Shown here one piece after another: positions 18,783 through 27,739 of a stretch of 64,000 nucleotides of DNA. The position numbers and the translations under genes were made by a program. Source of the stretch: an uncultured Gammaproteobacteria bacterium (GTDB lineage: Bacteria > Patescibacteriota > Patescibacteriia > UBA11705 > DATKZF01); NCBI GenBank assembly GCA_964411255.1, contig CAYPKD010000003.1, positions 92,439-156,438 on the forward strand, given 5' to 3'. The notes beneath the pieces are model-generated. The model worked only from the letters and a program-made list of their open reading frames with translations, ran no database searches and was not told the DNA's origin. Numbering within the stretch: position 1 is the first letter of the stretch; each line of letters begins with the position of its first letter.

Positions 18783-20231
18783 TTGTTTTTAATGTTATTT
18801 ATGACTTTGACAAACATTGGATATTATGATAAATTTGAAATCACAATCAAAGGAAAAAACCATATAGCAACATTAACCATAAAAAAATACTTAGTTAAGC
18901 TGTTTTTAGGGATTTGCGATAAATTAGCTGTTTTTGGTAAATATATGAAAAAAGGCTTGATATATATTTCAAGACCTTTTGTGCGCGCAGGCAAATTCAT
19001 ATTCAAGTTTGTAATATTATCATTTTACAAGCTTTATTTATTTTTAAAGAAAAGGCTTCAGGTTTTTTATTTACCAGCTAAAAGCCGGGTGTTTTCATTT
19101 TTTTCAAAAAAATATTTAATCCATTTTGCAATAATAATCATTTCTTTTTTGGTTGTGGTGAACAGTATTAGTGCCAAAGAAATACGGGATGAGGATTTTG
19201 GCGAGCAGACCATAATTTATGCCATGTATAATGAAAAAACTCTGGGCGCTATCGAGGAAGTGGTTGTTAAAGACAGCCAGACAAAGATCTTAAGCTATCT
19301 GGACAAATCAGCGGTTTCCAGCAAGCCAACAATAGTTCCTGACAATAAAACTGAAGATGTGACAGAAGATCAAATCGCTGATAGCCTGGCAGCTGTTACT
19401 CAAGGGGGCGCTACTTTGGTAAAGCCAAATATTACTGAAACCAAAATTGCCAAAAGACCAAGAGAAGAAATTATTTCTTACGCAGTTAAAGAAGGCGATA
19501 CTTTAAGCATGATTGCTGAACAATTTGGCGTTTCGACCACTACTATTTTGTGGGAGAATAATTTATCAGAGAACAGCACTATTAAACCTGGTGATACTTT
19601 AAGCATTTTGCCAATAACCGGTCTGACTCATACTGTAAAATCAGGCGATGCTCTTAGCAAGATTGCTACTCGTTATGATGTTGAGACAGATAAAATTATT
19701 GAATTTAATAAATTAGCTAATGCAGAAGATATTCAGGAAGATCAGATTTTAGTCGTTCCTGGAGGTACAATGCCGATTGCCATTGCAAAAAAGACGACTT
19801 ATACCCGAAGTAATGTTAGTATTGCTCCAATTAAAAATTTAGTTGCTCCGCCAGGTGCGCCAACCATCCCAAGCGGTAAAATGGTTTGGCCAACTAATGG
19901 TCACAGAATAACGCAATATTATAGTTGGCGGCATAAAGGTTTAGACATCGACGGTGATTATAGCTCTCCGCTTTATGCAGCAGAAGCTGGAACTGTGGTT
20001 AAGGCTGGCTGGGGTACTGGTTATGGTAATGTAATTTATATTAATCATGGAAACGGCGTACAGACGCGTTATGCTCACATGAGTAAGTTTTTTGTATCAA
20101 ACGGGCAGCGAGTCTCTAAGGGACAGACTTTGGGCATGATGGGATCAACTGGCTGGTCAACTGGTACTCATATTCACTTTGAGGTCAGAATTAATGGTAC
20201 GCCAATGAATCCGTTGAGTTATATTAGATAA
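18783..20231 (+). CDS. LysM-domain M23 family peptidoglycan endopeptidase
   Basis: Two LysM repeats (GDTLSMIAEQFGVS.., GDALSKIATRYDVE..) and C-terminal M23 motifs HKGLDIDG and GTHIHFEV. The start is uncertain and may be the internal MKKGLIYI near 18946 ahead of a signal/TM segment. Confidence 0.8.
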   Translation: MFLMLFMTLTNIGYYDKFEITIKGKNHIATLTIKKYLVKLFLGICDKLAVFGKYMKKGLIYISRPFVRAGKFIFKFVILSFYKLYLFLKKRLQVFYLPAKSRVFSFFSKKYLIHFAIIIISFLVVVNSISAKEIRDEDFGEQTIIYAMYNEKTLGAIEEVVVKDSQTKILSYLDKSAVSSKPTIVPDNKTEDVTEDQIADSLAAVTQGGATLVKPNITETKIAKRPREEIISYAVKEGDTLSMIAEQFGVSTTTILWENNLSENSTIKPGDTLSILPITGLTHTVKSGDALSKIATRYDVETDKIIEFNKLANAEDIQEDQILVVPGGTMPIAIAKKTTYTRSNVSIAPIKNLVAPPGAPTIPSGKMVWPTNGHRITQYYSWRHKGLDIDGDYSSPLYAAEAGTVVKAGWGTGYGNVIYINHGNGVQTRYAHMSKFFVSNGQRVSKGQTLGMMGSTGWSTGTHIHFEVRINGTPMNPLSYIR

Positions 20232-20302
20232 AAAAAGTAAAAATTAAAAAGCTGGCAAAGTGCTGGTTTTTTTGATTCAATGAATTAAGGTTTATTGCTT
20301 AT

Positions 20303-20330
20303 TGACTTTTTGGATATTATATGATATAAT
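20303..20330 (+). promoter_or_regulatory. Sigma-70-like promoter for the GC-rich island ORF
   Basis: -35 TTGACT (20303-20308), 16-nt spacer, -10 TATAAT (20325-20330). Confidence 0.5.
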
Positions 20331-20334
20331 AAAA

Positions 20335-20426
20335 TACTAGTGAAAGTCGCTAGTATTTAATTAATTGCGTTGCGTCTAGACAGCTTAGTCCTGTCGCATG
20401 GACGCACAGACACAAGGAGGTTCGTC
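20335..20426 (+). promoter_or_regulatory. Structured GC-rich 5' UTR with two hairpins, ending in SD AAGGAGG
   Basis: Hairpin 1 is atactag-tgaaagtcg-ctagtat. The second structure is nested: tgcgtc..gacag-cttagtc-ctgtc..gacgca. SD AAGGAGG sits 6 nt before the ATG at 20427. Confidence 0.5.
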
Positions 20427-21146
20427 ATGACACGCCAAAAAGGAATGTGTCGCCCTGACGAATGGGAGCTCAAGCTCCGAAGGCAGTGTGACGAGTTGAT
20501 TCGTCGTTCAATGCGAGGCAGTGCAACATTTGGCTGGGAGGAAACTTCCGAGCGATTGCAGCGGTTGATTGCCCCACCTAGGAGGCCAACAGCTGAGGAA
20601 TTGTCCAAACTGGCTTCTCTGCGGCTTGCTCAGATGGATCGGTTCTTCAGTGAAATTCTGAAACTGGATATTGAAATTCCTGATCCGTCTGCTTCTGGTC
20701 GTCAGATCCGGCGGTACCAGCGTGAAGGCTGGGAACTTTTTTGCCGGCCAATTGACCATCTCAGTTTCATGAAGGCTCTTTGGGCTCGCTTCGAGAGCAT
20801 TAAACCCGGTTATGAGATGGAAGAACCGTTTTGTCATCGGATCAAGTGGGCTGATTTTACCAAACCATATTGGTTTTGGTATCGGACATTTGATCCGCAT
20901 GGGGATGCTGGACCAAAGCAGCTTCGCGAGATAGGCGGAAAGGAACGTGACCCACACTTGGAAGAGTACAAGATCGCCTATCATTACCAAGCCCTGAAAG
21001 GCAAGGAGATGCATTTGGCAAGCACAAACCTTTTGACATTTATTGCCATTGAGGGCGGATTCAATCGCATGGAAGCAACTGGCCACAGGATTTGTCAGCA
21101 TCCGCAGTCGATTGATTCTGAAAGAATTACCCAGCTGACTTCTTAG
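20427..21146 (+). CDS. Hypothetical protein encoded in a GC-rich, codon-atypical island (239 aa)
   Basis: About 52-55% GC versus about 30% in the flanks. Uses CTG/CGG/CAG codons where the host prefers TTA/AGA/CAA. Strong SD and ATG. No family recognised (Trp/Arg-rich). Confidence 0.55.
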   Translation: MTRQKGMCRPDEWELKLRRQCDELIRRSMRGSATFGWEETSERLQRLIAPPRRPTAEELSKLASLRLAQMDRFFSEILKLDIEIPDPSASGRQIRRYQREGWELFCRPIDHLSFMKALWARFESIKPGYEMEEPFCHRIKWADFTKPYWFWYRTFDPHGDAGPKQLREIGGKERDPHLEEYKIAYHYQALKGKEMHLASTNLLTFIAIEGGFNRMEATGHRICQHPQSIDSERITQLTS

Positions 21147-21157
21147 ACTAATCTTTG

Positions 21158-21190
21158 CCCCGCATTGCATTACAATGCGGGTATTTTATT
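21158..21190 (+). terminator. Strong intrinsic terminator after the island ORF
   Basis: ccccgcattg-cat-tacaatgcgggg followed by tattttattttt. Confidence 0.7.
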
Positions 21191-21309
21191 TTTAAAATTT
21201 AAAAACCACGGCCCTTATTTTACTAGATTCCCGATCGAGGTCAGGAATGACGTAATGGGCAGCGGTCTTATAATAGTCGTTATAATCAATAGATTACATG
21301 ATCTATGAT

Positions 21310-22824
21310 TCAGGATTTAGGACGATACTGTAAAGCCTCAGCCACATGTTGAACATCAAGGTTGTATTTATGATCTAGGTCAGCAATGGTTCTGGCCAGT
21401 TTTAGAATTCTATGGTAGGAGCGGGGAGAAAGATGCATTTGTTTCACTGCTGATTTCATTATATCTAAACATTTATCATCCAGTTTACAAAATTCTTTAA
21501 TTTCCTGAGTACGCATTTCAGCATTAAAATTAATTGGCAAGTCTGAAAATCTTTTTCGTTGAATGTTTGCCGACTCAATTACCCGAGTTCTAATATTATT
21601 TGACAATTCTCCCCCATCTTCAGATTGAAGCTTTTCAAATTTAACTCTGGGAACTTCTAAATGAATATCAATGCGGTCAAGGATTGGGCCGGAAATCTTT
21701 TTTTGATATTGAATAATCTGTGCTGCTGAACAGGTGCATGGTTTTTCCGGATCATTATGATAGCCGCAGGGGCAGGGATTTTGGCTGGCAATCATCATAA
21801 ATCTTGCTGGATAGGCAATTGTGCCTTGCGCTCTGGAAATAGAGATTACCCCGTCTTCTAGGGGCTGCCGTAGGTTTTCCAAAACGCTTCTGGGAAACTC
21901 TGGCAGTTCATCTAAAAATAAGACACCGCGGTGGGCTAAAGAAATCTCTCCTGGCTTTGGAAACTTGCCACCGCCGACCAGGGCCACGCCTGAAGAAGTA
22001 TGATGGGGAGAGCGAAAAGGCCTTTTTGAAATTAATGGATTTTTTTCAGGTAAGATACCGGCAATTGAATACATTTTAGTTACTTCTAAAATTTCTTCAT
22101 TGGTCATTTGAGGCAAAATTGATGGCAATGTCTTTGCTAATAATGTTTTGCCAGAACCTGGTGGGCCGCTCATCAAGACATTATGCGCGCCTGAGGCAGC
22201 GATTTCCAATGCGCGTTTAGCATGTTCCTGACCTTTAACATAAGCCATATCAACATCAAAAGTTTCCTTTTCATCTAAATCATCCAATAAATTTTTGTCT
22301 AAAGGGTTGATTTGTTCAAGGCCAGTTAAATGCCTGAACAGTTGATCTAGATTTTGTACTGGATAAATTTCAATTTCAGTGATTAAGCTGGCTTCCTGGG
22401 CATTAATGGCTGGGATAAAAAGTTTTTTAAAATTATTTTCTTTGGCAAAAATAGCCACTGGCAAAATGCCGTTTGTATGGCGAAGTTGGCCGTCCAGAGC
22501 TAATTCTCCAACAAATAGACTGTCAGAGATGTCATCTGTGATTTGTTCTGATGCTTTTAAAATACTGACAGCCATTGGCATGTCATAGGACGGACCTTCT
22601 TTTTTAATATCAGCTGGCGCCAGATTAACAGTTACTTTATGTTTTGGGAATTCTATATCACTGTTTCGAAATGCTAAAAAAACTCTTTCGCGAGCTTCTT
22701 GGACAGCCATGTCTGGTAGGCCGACAATTTTAAATTTTCTCACCTGACTGGAAATGGCAGTTTCCACTTCTACCAGCTGGCAATCAAGGCCGAGCACAGC
22801 ACAGGAGTTTATTTTACTGTACAT
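21310..22824 (-). CDS. comM: YifB/ComM family Mg-chelatase-like AAA+ ATPase
   Basis: Walker A GPPGSGKT, sensor and Mg-chelatase C-terminal regions. The start was moved to the internal MYSKINSCAVLGL typical of the family. Confidence 0.85.
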   Translation of the reverse strand: MYSKINSCAVLGLDCQLVEVETAISSQVRKFKIVGLPDMAVQEARERVFLAFRNSDIEFPKHKVTVNLAPADIKKEGPSYDMPMAVSILKASEQITDDISDSLFVGELALDGQLRHTNGILPVAIFAKENNFKKLFIPAINAQEASLITEIEIYPVQNLDQLFRHLTGLEQINPLDKNLLDDLDEKETFDVDMAYVKGQEHAKRALEIAASGAHNVLMSGPPGSGKTLLAKTLPSILPQMTNEEILEVTKMYSIAGILPEKNPLISKRPFRSPHHTSSGVALVGGGKFPKPGEISLAHRGVLFLDELPEFPRSVLENLRQPLEDGVISISRAQGTIAYPARFMMIASQNPCPCGYHNDPEKPCTCSAAQIIQYQKKISGPILDRIDIHLEVPRVKFEKLQSEDGGELSNNIRTRVIESANIQRKRFSDLPINFNAEMRTQEIKEFCKLDDKCLDIMKSAVKQMHLSPRSYHRILKLARTIADLDHKYNLDVQHVAEALQYRPKS

Positions 22825-22962
22825 ATTTTGATAGTGCGACGAGCAAGACAAGTTTTCGGATGCTTGTGGCACTTGTCGCATCAGTCTTGCTGGTCGTACT
22901 GGTTATATCAATTTATCATTTACCAGTGAAATTAGCAAATAAAAAAAATCCTGATTATTGAA

Positions 22963-23508
22963 TCAGGAAGTCTCAGATTGTTCTATTTGTGCAAGCTCTG
23001 CTTGGACTGATAAATCGAGCTTAGTGAGGCAAATTGACTCCAGGCCTTGAGAAAGATTTTTGTAACCTGGCAGCTGAAGCTGTCCGTGTACAACTTCGCT
23101 GGCAAACAGATTTGCCAAAATTAAGGCTGATTGTCCGTAAATACAGCTGATGGGTTTTAAGGAGAATAAAAATGATTTTTCAATGTCAATTTCTTCTGAA
23201 AGAGCTTGTTTATTTTCATGCCAAACCCCAATAATCTTTTCATCAACTGTGCGGATGCAAATGCGAGCTGTTTTTCTTCTGTCAGGTTCTATTTTATAAT
23301 ACAGTTCACCTAAAATATCAAGAAACCCTGCTAGGGCTTTGAGAATTCCTACAATAAATAAACCCACATCCAATTCTTCATTTTCATCTACTCCTTCAAG
23401 AGGAATATCTTTATTATCGAGAATTTCCATCCATTTTCCAAACAGAATAGCGCCTTTTTTTCTGTATCGCTTTAAAAATCGCCAATAAAGGATAGTTTTG
23501 TTTGTCAT
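22963..23508 (-). CDS. Hypothetical protein
   Basis: 181-aa ORF with no motif. Confidence 0.4.
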   Translation of the reverse strand: MTNKTILYWRFLKRYRKKGAILFGKWMEILDNKDIPLEGVDENEELDVGLFIVGILKALAGFLDILGELYYKIEPDRRKTARICIRTVDEKIIGVWHENKQALSEEIDIEKSFLFSLKPISCIYGQSALILANLFASEVVHGQLQLPGYKNLSQGLESICLTKLDLSVQAELAQIEQSETS

Positions 23509-23611
23509 GTTAGCCTCCTTTGGGGTTCAAGACATTTTACCTTAGCAAAAAAAATGCGTTTTGTCAATATTAAAAAATCTCCGAAATGATCGGAGAATAT
23601 TATGAATTTAT

Positions 23612-23842
23612 TCATACAAATGAATCAGGATCTTGCCCGTTATCAATTAATTCCTGGCGGCTAACAAATATTGGATATAGACCAGTAGATGAAATATCTT
23701 TTCCATGTGAATCATATGCAATTTCTCCTTTTCTTTTTGTCTTCCACTTACTTTGGTTGAACCCAGATGGAGTAATATTGCACAAAAAGATTTCGCCTTC
23801 ACGTGTTTCAGGATGTTTTTTACGCTTGTCTGGCGATGACAT
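23612..23842 (-). CDS. Small hypothetical protein (76 aa) with strong SD
   Basis: ATG at 23842 is preceded by AAGGAGGT with a 6-nt spacer. The track ORF began at an upstream TTG. Confidence 0.4.
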   Translation of the reverse strand: MSSPDKRKKHPETREGEIFLCNITPSGFNQSKWKTKRKGEIAYDSHGKDISSTGLYPIFVSRQELIDNGQDPDSFV

Positions 23843-23903
23843 AGCCAACCTCCTTTGGTATGGGGATTGATTATTATATCATCAATAAATTTATTTGTCA
23901 ACA

Positions 23904-24587
23904 TTAAATGACTCCAGCTAAAATTAATATACCAAATACAAGCATTAGTAAACCAATTATTAAGCGCAGCCATGAACGGCTTTGTTTTCTCATCTCTTCT
24001 ATCTTTTTTGAAGAATAGCCATAGTAAACAACCAATAAAATTACAATTAAAGGCAGTACAAAGATTAAATTATATAAAAGAAGATATAAAATTCCAGTGG
24101 TATATGAAGTTTTAACTGCTAAAAGGCTTAAGATTGCAATATATACTCCACCAGTGCATGGCAGTTCAAAAGCTGAAACCAATAATCCTAGTATTATTGC
24201 AGCTGGAATGCTTGCCTTTTTTACATATTTTTCAATTGTTGGTTTTTTACTTTCAGGAATGCTTAAGCTCAGGCCCTGGCCATACCAGAAAAAGTCTTTT
24301 ATATTTAATAATCCTAAAATTATTAACAAAACGGCTGACAGTTTAAAAATTGTAAGCGTAATTGTTGAAGAAGCAACGCCTAAAGCAGCTAATATTCCAA
24401 GACCGGCTAAAAAGTAAGTTATATATACAATAGCAATATAGATCAGACCAATGATGAGCATTTTTTTAGGGCTTTTTAAGACACTTAAAAAGGTAATTAG
24501 AAAAACTAAAACAGCAATTGCGCATGGATTAATTGAATCAATTGCAGCAGCACTGATTACAGTTGTGATTGTTACTGAATCAAACAT
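23904..24587 (-). CDS. ccdA: Cytochrome c-type biogenesis / thiol-disulfide transporter CcdA (DsbD transmembrane domain)
   Basis: 227 aa, about 6 TM helices, conserved Cys in INPCAIAVLVFL and FELPCTGGVY. Confidence 0.7.
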   Translation of the reverse strand: MFDSVTITTVISAAAIDSINPCAIAVLVFLITFLSVLKSPKKMLIIGLIYIAIVYITYFLAGLGILAALGVASSTITLTIFKLSAVLLIILGLLNIKDFFWYGQGLSLSIPESKKPTIEKYVKKASIPAAIILGLLVSAFELPCTGGVYIAILSLLAVKTSYTTGILYLLLYNLIFVLPLIVILLVVYYGYSSKKIEEMRKQSRSWLRLIIGLLMLVFGILILAGVI

Positions 24588-24589
24588 TT

Positions 24590-25132
24590 TTATTTCTTTT
24601 TAATAAATTGAGTATAAATAAAGATAAGTATTGCAGCCACTATTATTCCTAAAATGATCAGCACTTTGGTATTTTTTTCTTTTTGTTCCTGTTTATCAAT
24701 AATCACCTGCTCTGCTGATGCGGCTTCAGCCTGCCGGTCAGCATAATTTTGAATTATTTCACTTGGCTTTGGACAAAAATTATCTCTGCAATTTAGAATT
24801 GCATTTTCAATTTGTTCCAGATCTGCACCAACAATATGTTCTTCACCGATAAAAGTTAAGGGCACGCCTTCTGCCTGAAAATTATAAGCACCCAGAGCGT
24901 TTATTAATAATTCAACATTTTTATCTTCAACAATATCAAATTTATGCACTTCTATTTCAGGATATTTTTCAGCCTTCCATTCCTCAAGTTGCTTTTCTAC
25001 CTTTGAGCAATGAGGACAGCCCTGCTGAACAAAGAAATAAATTTCAACTGAATCATTTTCTTCTGCTAAGACAGAAGTTGTTGGCATTATAAAAATAGCC
25101 AATAAGAGTAAAATAATAAATTTATATTTCAT
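24590..25132 (-). CDS. Secreted/membrane-anchored thioredoxin-like thiol-disulfide oxidoreductase
   Basis: Signal peptide, CPHC active site, C-terminal TM anchor. Adjacent to ccdA. Confidence 0.7.
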   Translation of the reverse strand: MKYKFIILLLLAIFIMPTTSVLAEENDSVEIYFFVQQGCPHCSKVEKQLEEWKAEKYPEIEVHKFDIVEDKNVELLINALGAYNFQAEGVPLTFIGEEHIVGADLEQIENAILNCRDNFCPKPSEIIQNYADRQAEAASAEQVIIDKQEQKEKNTKVLIILGIIVAAILIFIYTQFIKKK

Positions 25133-25133
25133 A

Positions 25134-26267
25134 TTATTTAAATTTTAATTGTTTAGATTTTTTAGACCTGGTTTCAAACCAGGCAGCAAACATAGCAGTC
25201 AGCGGTATCGCTCCGATTAAGCCGATGCTACCGGCAATTGACCGAATAATTTCTTCAGCCATAAATTCAAAATTGAATATTTTCAGATAGCTTTCTCCAA
25301 AACTGGAAAATAATAACAGCAAGCCAAGTGAAGCGCCAACATAGGCATATATAAGCGTATTGCTCATTGTGCCAATAATATCTTTTCCAATTCGCACGCC
25401 AGATTTAAATAATTCCTTTGAATTTAGTTTTGGATTAGCCTTTTTTATTTCATTGATCGAAGATGAAATGGACATAGCAACATCCATTACTGCGCCGATT
25501 GCGCCAATCATAATTGCTGAATAAAATAAGCCGTTAAAATTGAGATTTGGAAATTTTGCAAAGAGCGTTCTGGTTTCTTCATGGCCAAATCCGGTTAAAA
25601 TGGTCATTTTTCCGAAAATTAATGCCAAAATAACTGAGACAATAAGGCCGAAAATCGTTCCTAATATTGAGGATGCAGCCTTTTTATTCCAGCCACTGAT
25701 TAACAGAAATGTTATTACAGTAATAACACTGCAAAATATAATTGTCAAAAAAATCGGACTTGTTCCTTTTAATATTCCAGGAAGTAGGAATTTTAATATA
25801 AATAATATTCCTAAAAGTAAACTGATAACAGTTTTTAAACCCTGAAAGCCTCCAAAAATTATTAACAAGGCAAAAAATATTAAAATTATTACAATGATTT
25901 TTCCCAGTCGATAATAATCATGCACATAATGATTGATCGTTCCATCTGACATTTGTTCAACGTAAAGTACGATCTTGTCTCCTTGTTCTAAATCCATCGC
26001 ATATGGATTGTTTTCAATTGTGTTTGTTAAAGAAACGGTTTGATTTTTAAATTCACCGCTTAATATTTTTACTTTTAATTCCTGTAATACACTTTCATCT
26101 TCAAGTTGAACTTGATGAATAGCTAAAATTTCAGCTTTTTCATAATGAGATTCAGAAATTGTTTTTGGCTCAATATTTTCAGCTTCAGCAGTGATTTCCA
26201 TATCCTGTGCAAAAGCTGGCTGTGATGCAAGCAAAAATAAAAAAAATATAAATAAAAGTTTTTTCAT
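25134..26267 (-). CDS. YibE/F-like polytopic membrane protein
   Basis: 377 aa with a signal peptide, an extracytoplasmic N-domain and multiple TM helices. Family assignment is from overall architecture only. Confidence 0.45.
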   Translation of the reverse strand: MKKLLFIFFLFLLASQPAFAQDMEITAEAENIEPKTISESHYEKAEILAIHQVQLEDESVLQELKVKILSGEFKNQTVSLTNTIENNPYAMDLEQGDKIVLYVEQMSDGTINHYVHDYYRLGKIIVIILIFFALLIIFGGFQGLKTVISLLLGILFILKFLLPGILKGTSPIFLTIIFCSVITVITFLLISGWNKKAASSILGTIFGLIVSVILALIFGKMTILTGFGHEETRTLFAKFPNLNFNGLFYSAIMIGAIGAVMDVAMSISSSINEIKKANPKLNSKELFKSGVRIGKDIIGTMSNTLIYAYVGASLGLLLLFSSFGESYLKIFNFEFMAEEIIRSIAGSIGLIGAIPLTAMFAAWFETRSKKSKQLKFK

Positions 26268-26734
26268 ATTTTACCTTTGAAAGGTTCTTTTAAAAGTAAA
26301 ATAGCCACTCCGATTACAATCCAGACATCAGCTAGATTAAAAACTGCAAGTTGATAATCAAATATGTTAAGTGAAATAAAATCAATAACACCGTCATGAA
26401 TAATCCTGTCAAAAAGATTTGAAATGGCACCAACAATAATTATAAAATACGCTATAATCTGGATGCTATTATCTTTCTTTATTGCCCTATATAAAAGATA
26501 TATTAATATTATAATGATCAAAGCAACAATGGCAAAAATAATATATTGCGGCATAGATATGCTAAACGCCAGGTTTTGGTTTTTTATTAATTGCAAGGAA
26601 AAAACAAAATTATTTTGTTCAATTAAAAAAACACCTTCTTGCGGAATTTTTGTTAGTACTAGAAATTTTATTGTTTGATCAATGGCAAGTAATAAAATTG
26701 GAATTATATATGCCAAGATTTTTTTGCCAGGCAT
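26264..26734 (-). CDS. lspA: Lipoprotein signal peptidase II
   Basis: AISNLFDRIIHDGVIDFISL and AVFNLADVWIVIG motifs. The start was moved to the internal MPGKK, 4 nt after the upstream gene's stop. Confidence 0.8.
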   Translation of the reverse strand: MPGKKILAYIIPILLLAIDQTIKFLVLTKIPQEGVFLIEQNNFVFSLQLIKNQNLAFSISMPQYIIFAIVALIIIILIYLLYRAIKKDNSIQIIAYFIIIVGAISNLFDRIIHDGVIDFISLNIFDYQLAVFNLADVWIVIGVAILLLKEPFKGKI

Positions 26735-26738
26735 TTTA

Positions 26739-27107
26739 TTAAAGAGATTTAAGTTTTGTTTTACAGGTGATGCAGGCACTTGATGTTGGGCGAGCTAACA
26801 ATCTGTCCCCATTTATTGGCTGCTTGCAATATTTACACGTGCCATAAATTCCTTTTTTTATTCTATCTAGAGCCTTATTAACATCACGTAATTCCTTTTC
26901 TAAAGTAGCTTCTAAAGTCAAATTCACATCAAAAGTAGCCACCTCATTCGTATTTTCCGTTTCATCATCACCATAATTTGGAAAATCAGACTTGTAATCA
27001 GATGGATCTTTTTTGCTTGGATGTGCAAATTTAGCTAATTCTTTTTCTAAATTAGCTTTTTCCTCGAGTAATTTTTCCTTTATTTGATTTTGTATGTCTT
27101 TTTTCAT
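26739..27107 (-). CDS. DksA/TraR-family C4 zinc-finger protein
   Basis: 122 aa with a coiled-coil N-terminus and C-terminal CKYCKQPI...CITCK. Confidence 0.7.
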   Translation of the reverse strand: MKKDIQNQIKEKLLEEKANLEKELAKFAHPSKKDPSDYKSDFPNYGDDETENTNEVATFDVNLTLEATLEKELRDVNKALDRIKKGIYGTCKYCKQPINGDRLLARPTSSACITCKTKLKSL

Positions 27108-27171
27108 AAAGCCTTATTATATATAGTTTACCTATTAATGGTGTTTTTTGCAATATAGCACATTTTTTTTA

Positions 27172-27475
27172 AAAATACAAAGGGGCACTACTACGACCCA
27201 ATTGTTTAAAAGTGGCCTGTGTGCCCCTAGAAGTAAAGGAGATTACGCTACTTCCATTTCGATTTGGAGAATCGAGCTGGAAGACAAAGCGATTTCCTGA
27301 TTTTGCGCTCGACTCGCGATCCAGTCCCCGTTTCCTAGGTGTTGCCTTAGGCGCAAGGTCACCGTTCATTTTGTTTTTGTTTTTGTTTCATTACAGGAGT
27401 CCTGTCGAGGCGGGGCTCGCTGTATAAGAAAACAGGATGACTGGAGTTTTCCTAGGTTAGAAAAACTCAGTGAGG
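27172..27475 (-). ncRNA. Candidate structured non-coding RNA or long leader of the dksA-like/lspA operon (class unknown), ending in an intrinsic terminator
   Basis: About 48% GC over roughly 300 nt in an AT-rich genome. No convincing ORF: frames lack SD and read through the terminator hairpin ggggcac..gtgcccc (27183-27227), which is followed by tttgtattttt on the minus strand. Class-specific motifs for tmRNA, RNase P, SRP RNA and T-box were not found by eye. Confidence 0.3.
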
Positions 27476-27689
27476 AAATATAGTTGTTTACTATAAAGAA
27501 CTGTAAAGAACAACAAATTTATTCAATGGTTTTCCTTTTGATAGATAGAATGTGATCTACCTACTTATATTATATCAAGACCATTTTTTTGCGTCAATGT
27601 CCAATTTTTATTTATTAAAAAAAATGGCTCATTTTAGCCAAATATATGCGCGATAATTACAAATTTAAATATAAAAATAATGAATTTTC

Positions 27690-27726
27690 TGTGGATAACC
27701 TATATAAAAGTGGGTACTTATCCACA
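27690..27726. promoter_or_regulatory. Inverted pair of perfect DnaA boxes (TGTGGATAA ... TTATCCACA) flanking a TATATAAAA element
   Basis: 27690-27698 is the reverse complement of TTATCCACA. 27718-27726 is TTATCCACA. A 19-bp spacer contains tatataaaa. An 18-bp near-palindrome gtacacactagtgtatac follows at 27733-27750. Confidence 0.5.
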
Positions 27727-27739
27727 GCGAAAGTACACA

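Noticed and set aside
20508-21170. Minus ORFs 20508..21170, 20357..20608, 20857..21039 in the GC-rich island
   Set aside because: Long open frames arise by chance in GC-rich DNA. They have no SD, and their low-complexity products sit opposite an ORF with promoter, SD and terminator.
23586-23973. ORFs 23586..23870 (+) and 23647..23973 (-)
   Set aside because: They overlap the SD-supported 23612..23842 minus-strand gene in other frames or strands, with no start signals.
27169-27427. ORFs 27169..27369 (-) and 27212..27427 (+) in the GC-rich non-coding region
   Set aside because: No SD, unusual composition, and the minus frame reads through an intrinsic terminator hairpin. Treated as RNA.
27172-27475. 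tmRNA, RNase P RNA, SRP RNA or T-box identity for the GC-rich RNA candidate
   Set aside because: No tRNA-like acceptor/T-arm (GGTTCGANTCC..CCA), no plausible tag frame ending ..AA-stop, no GGAAAGUCC/ACAGAA..GGCUUA P4 motifs, no GGAAGCAGC helix-8 motif, no AGGGUGGNACCGCG T-box.
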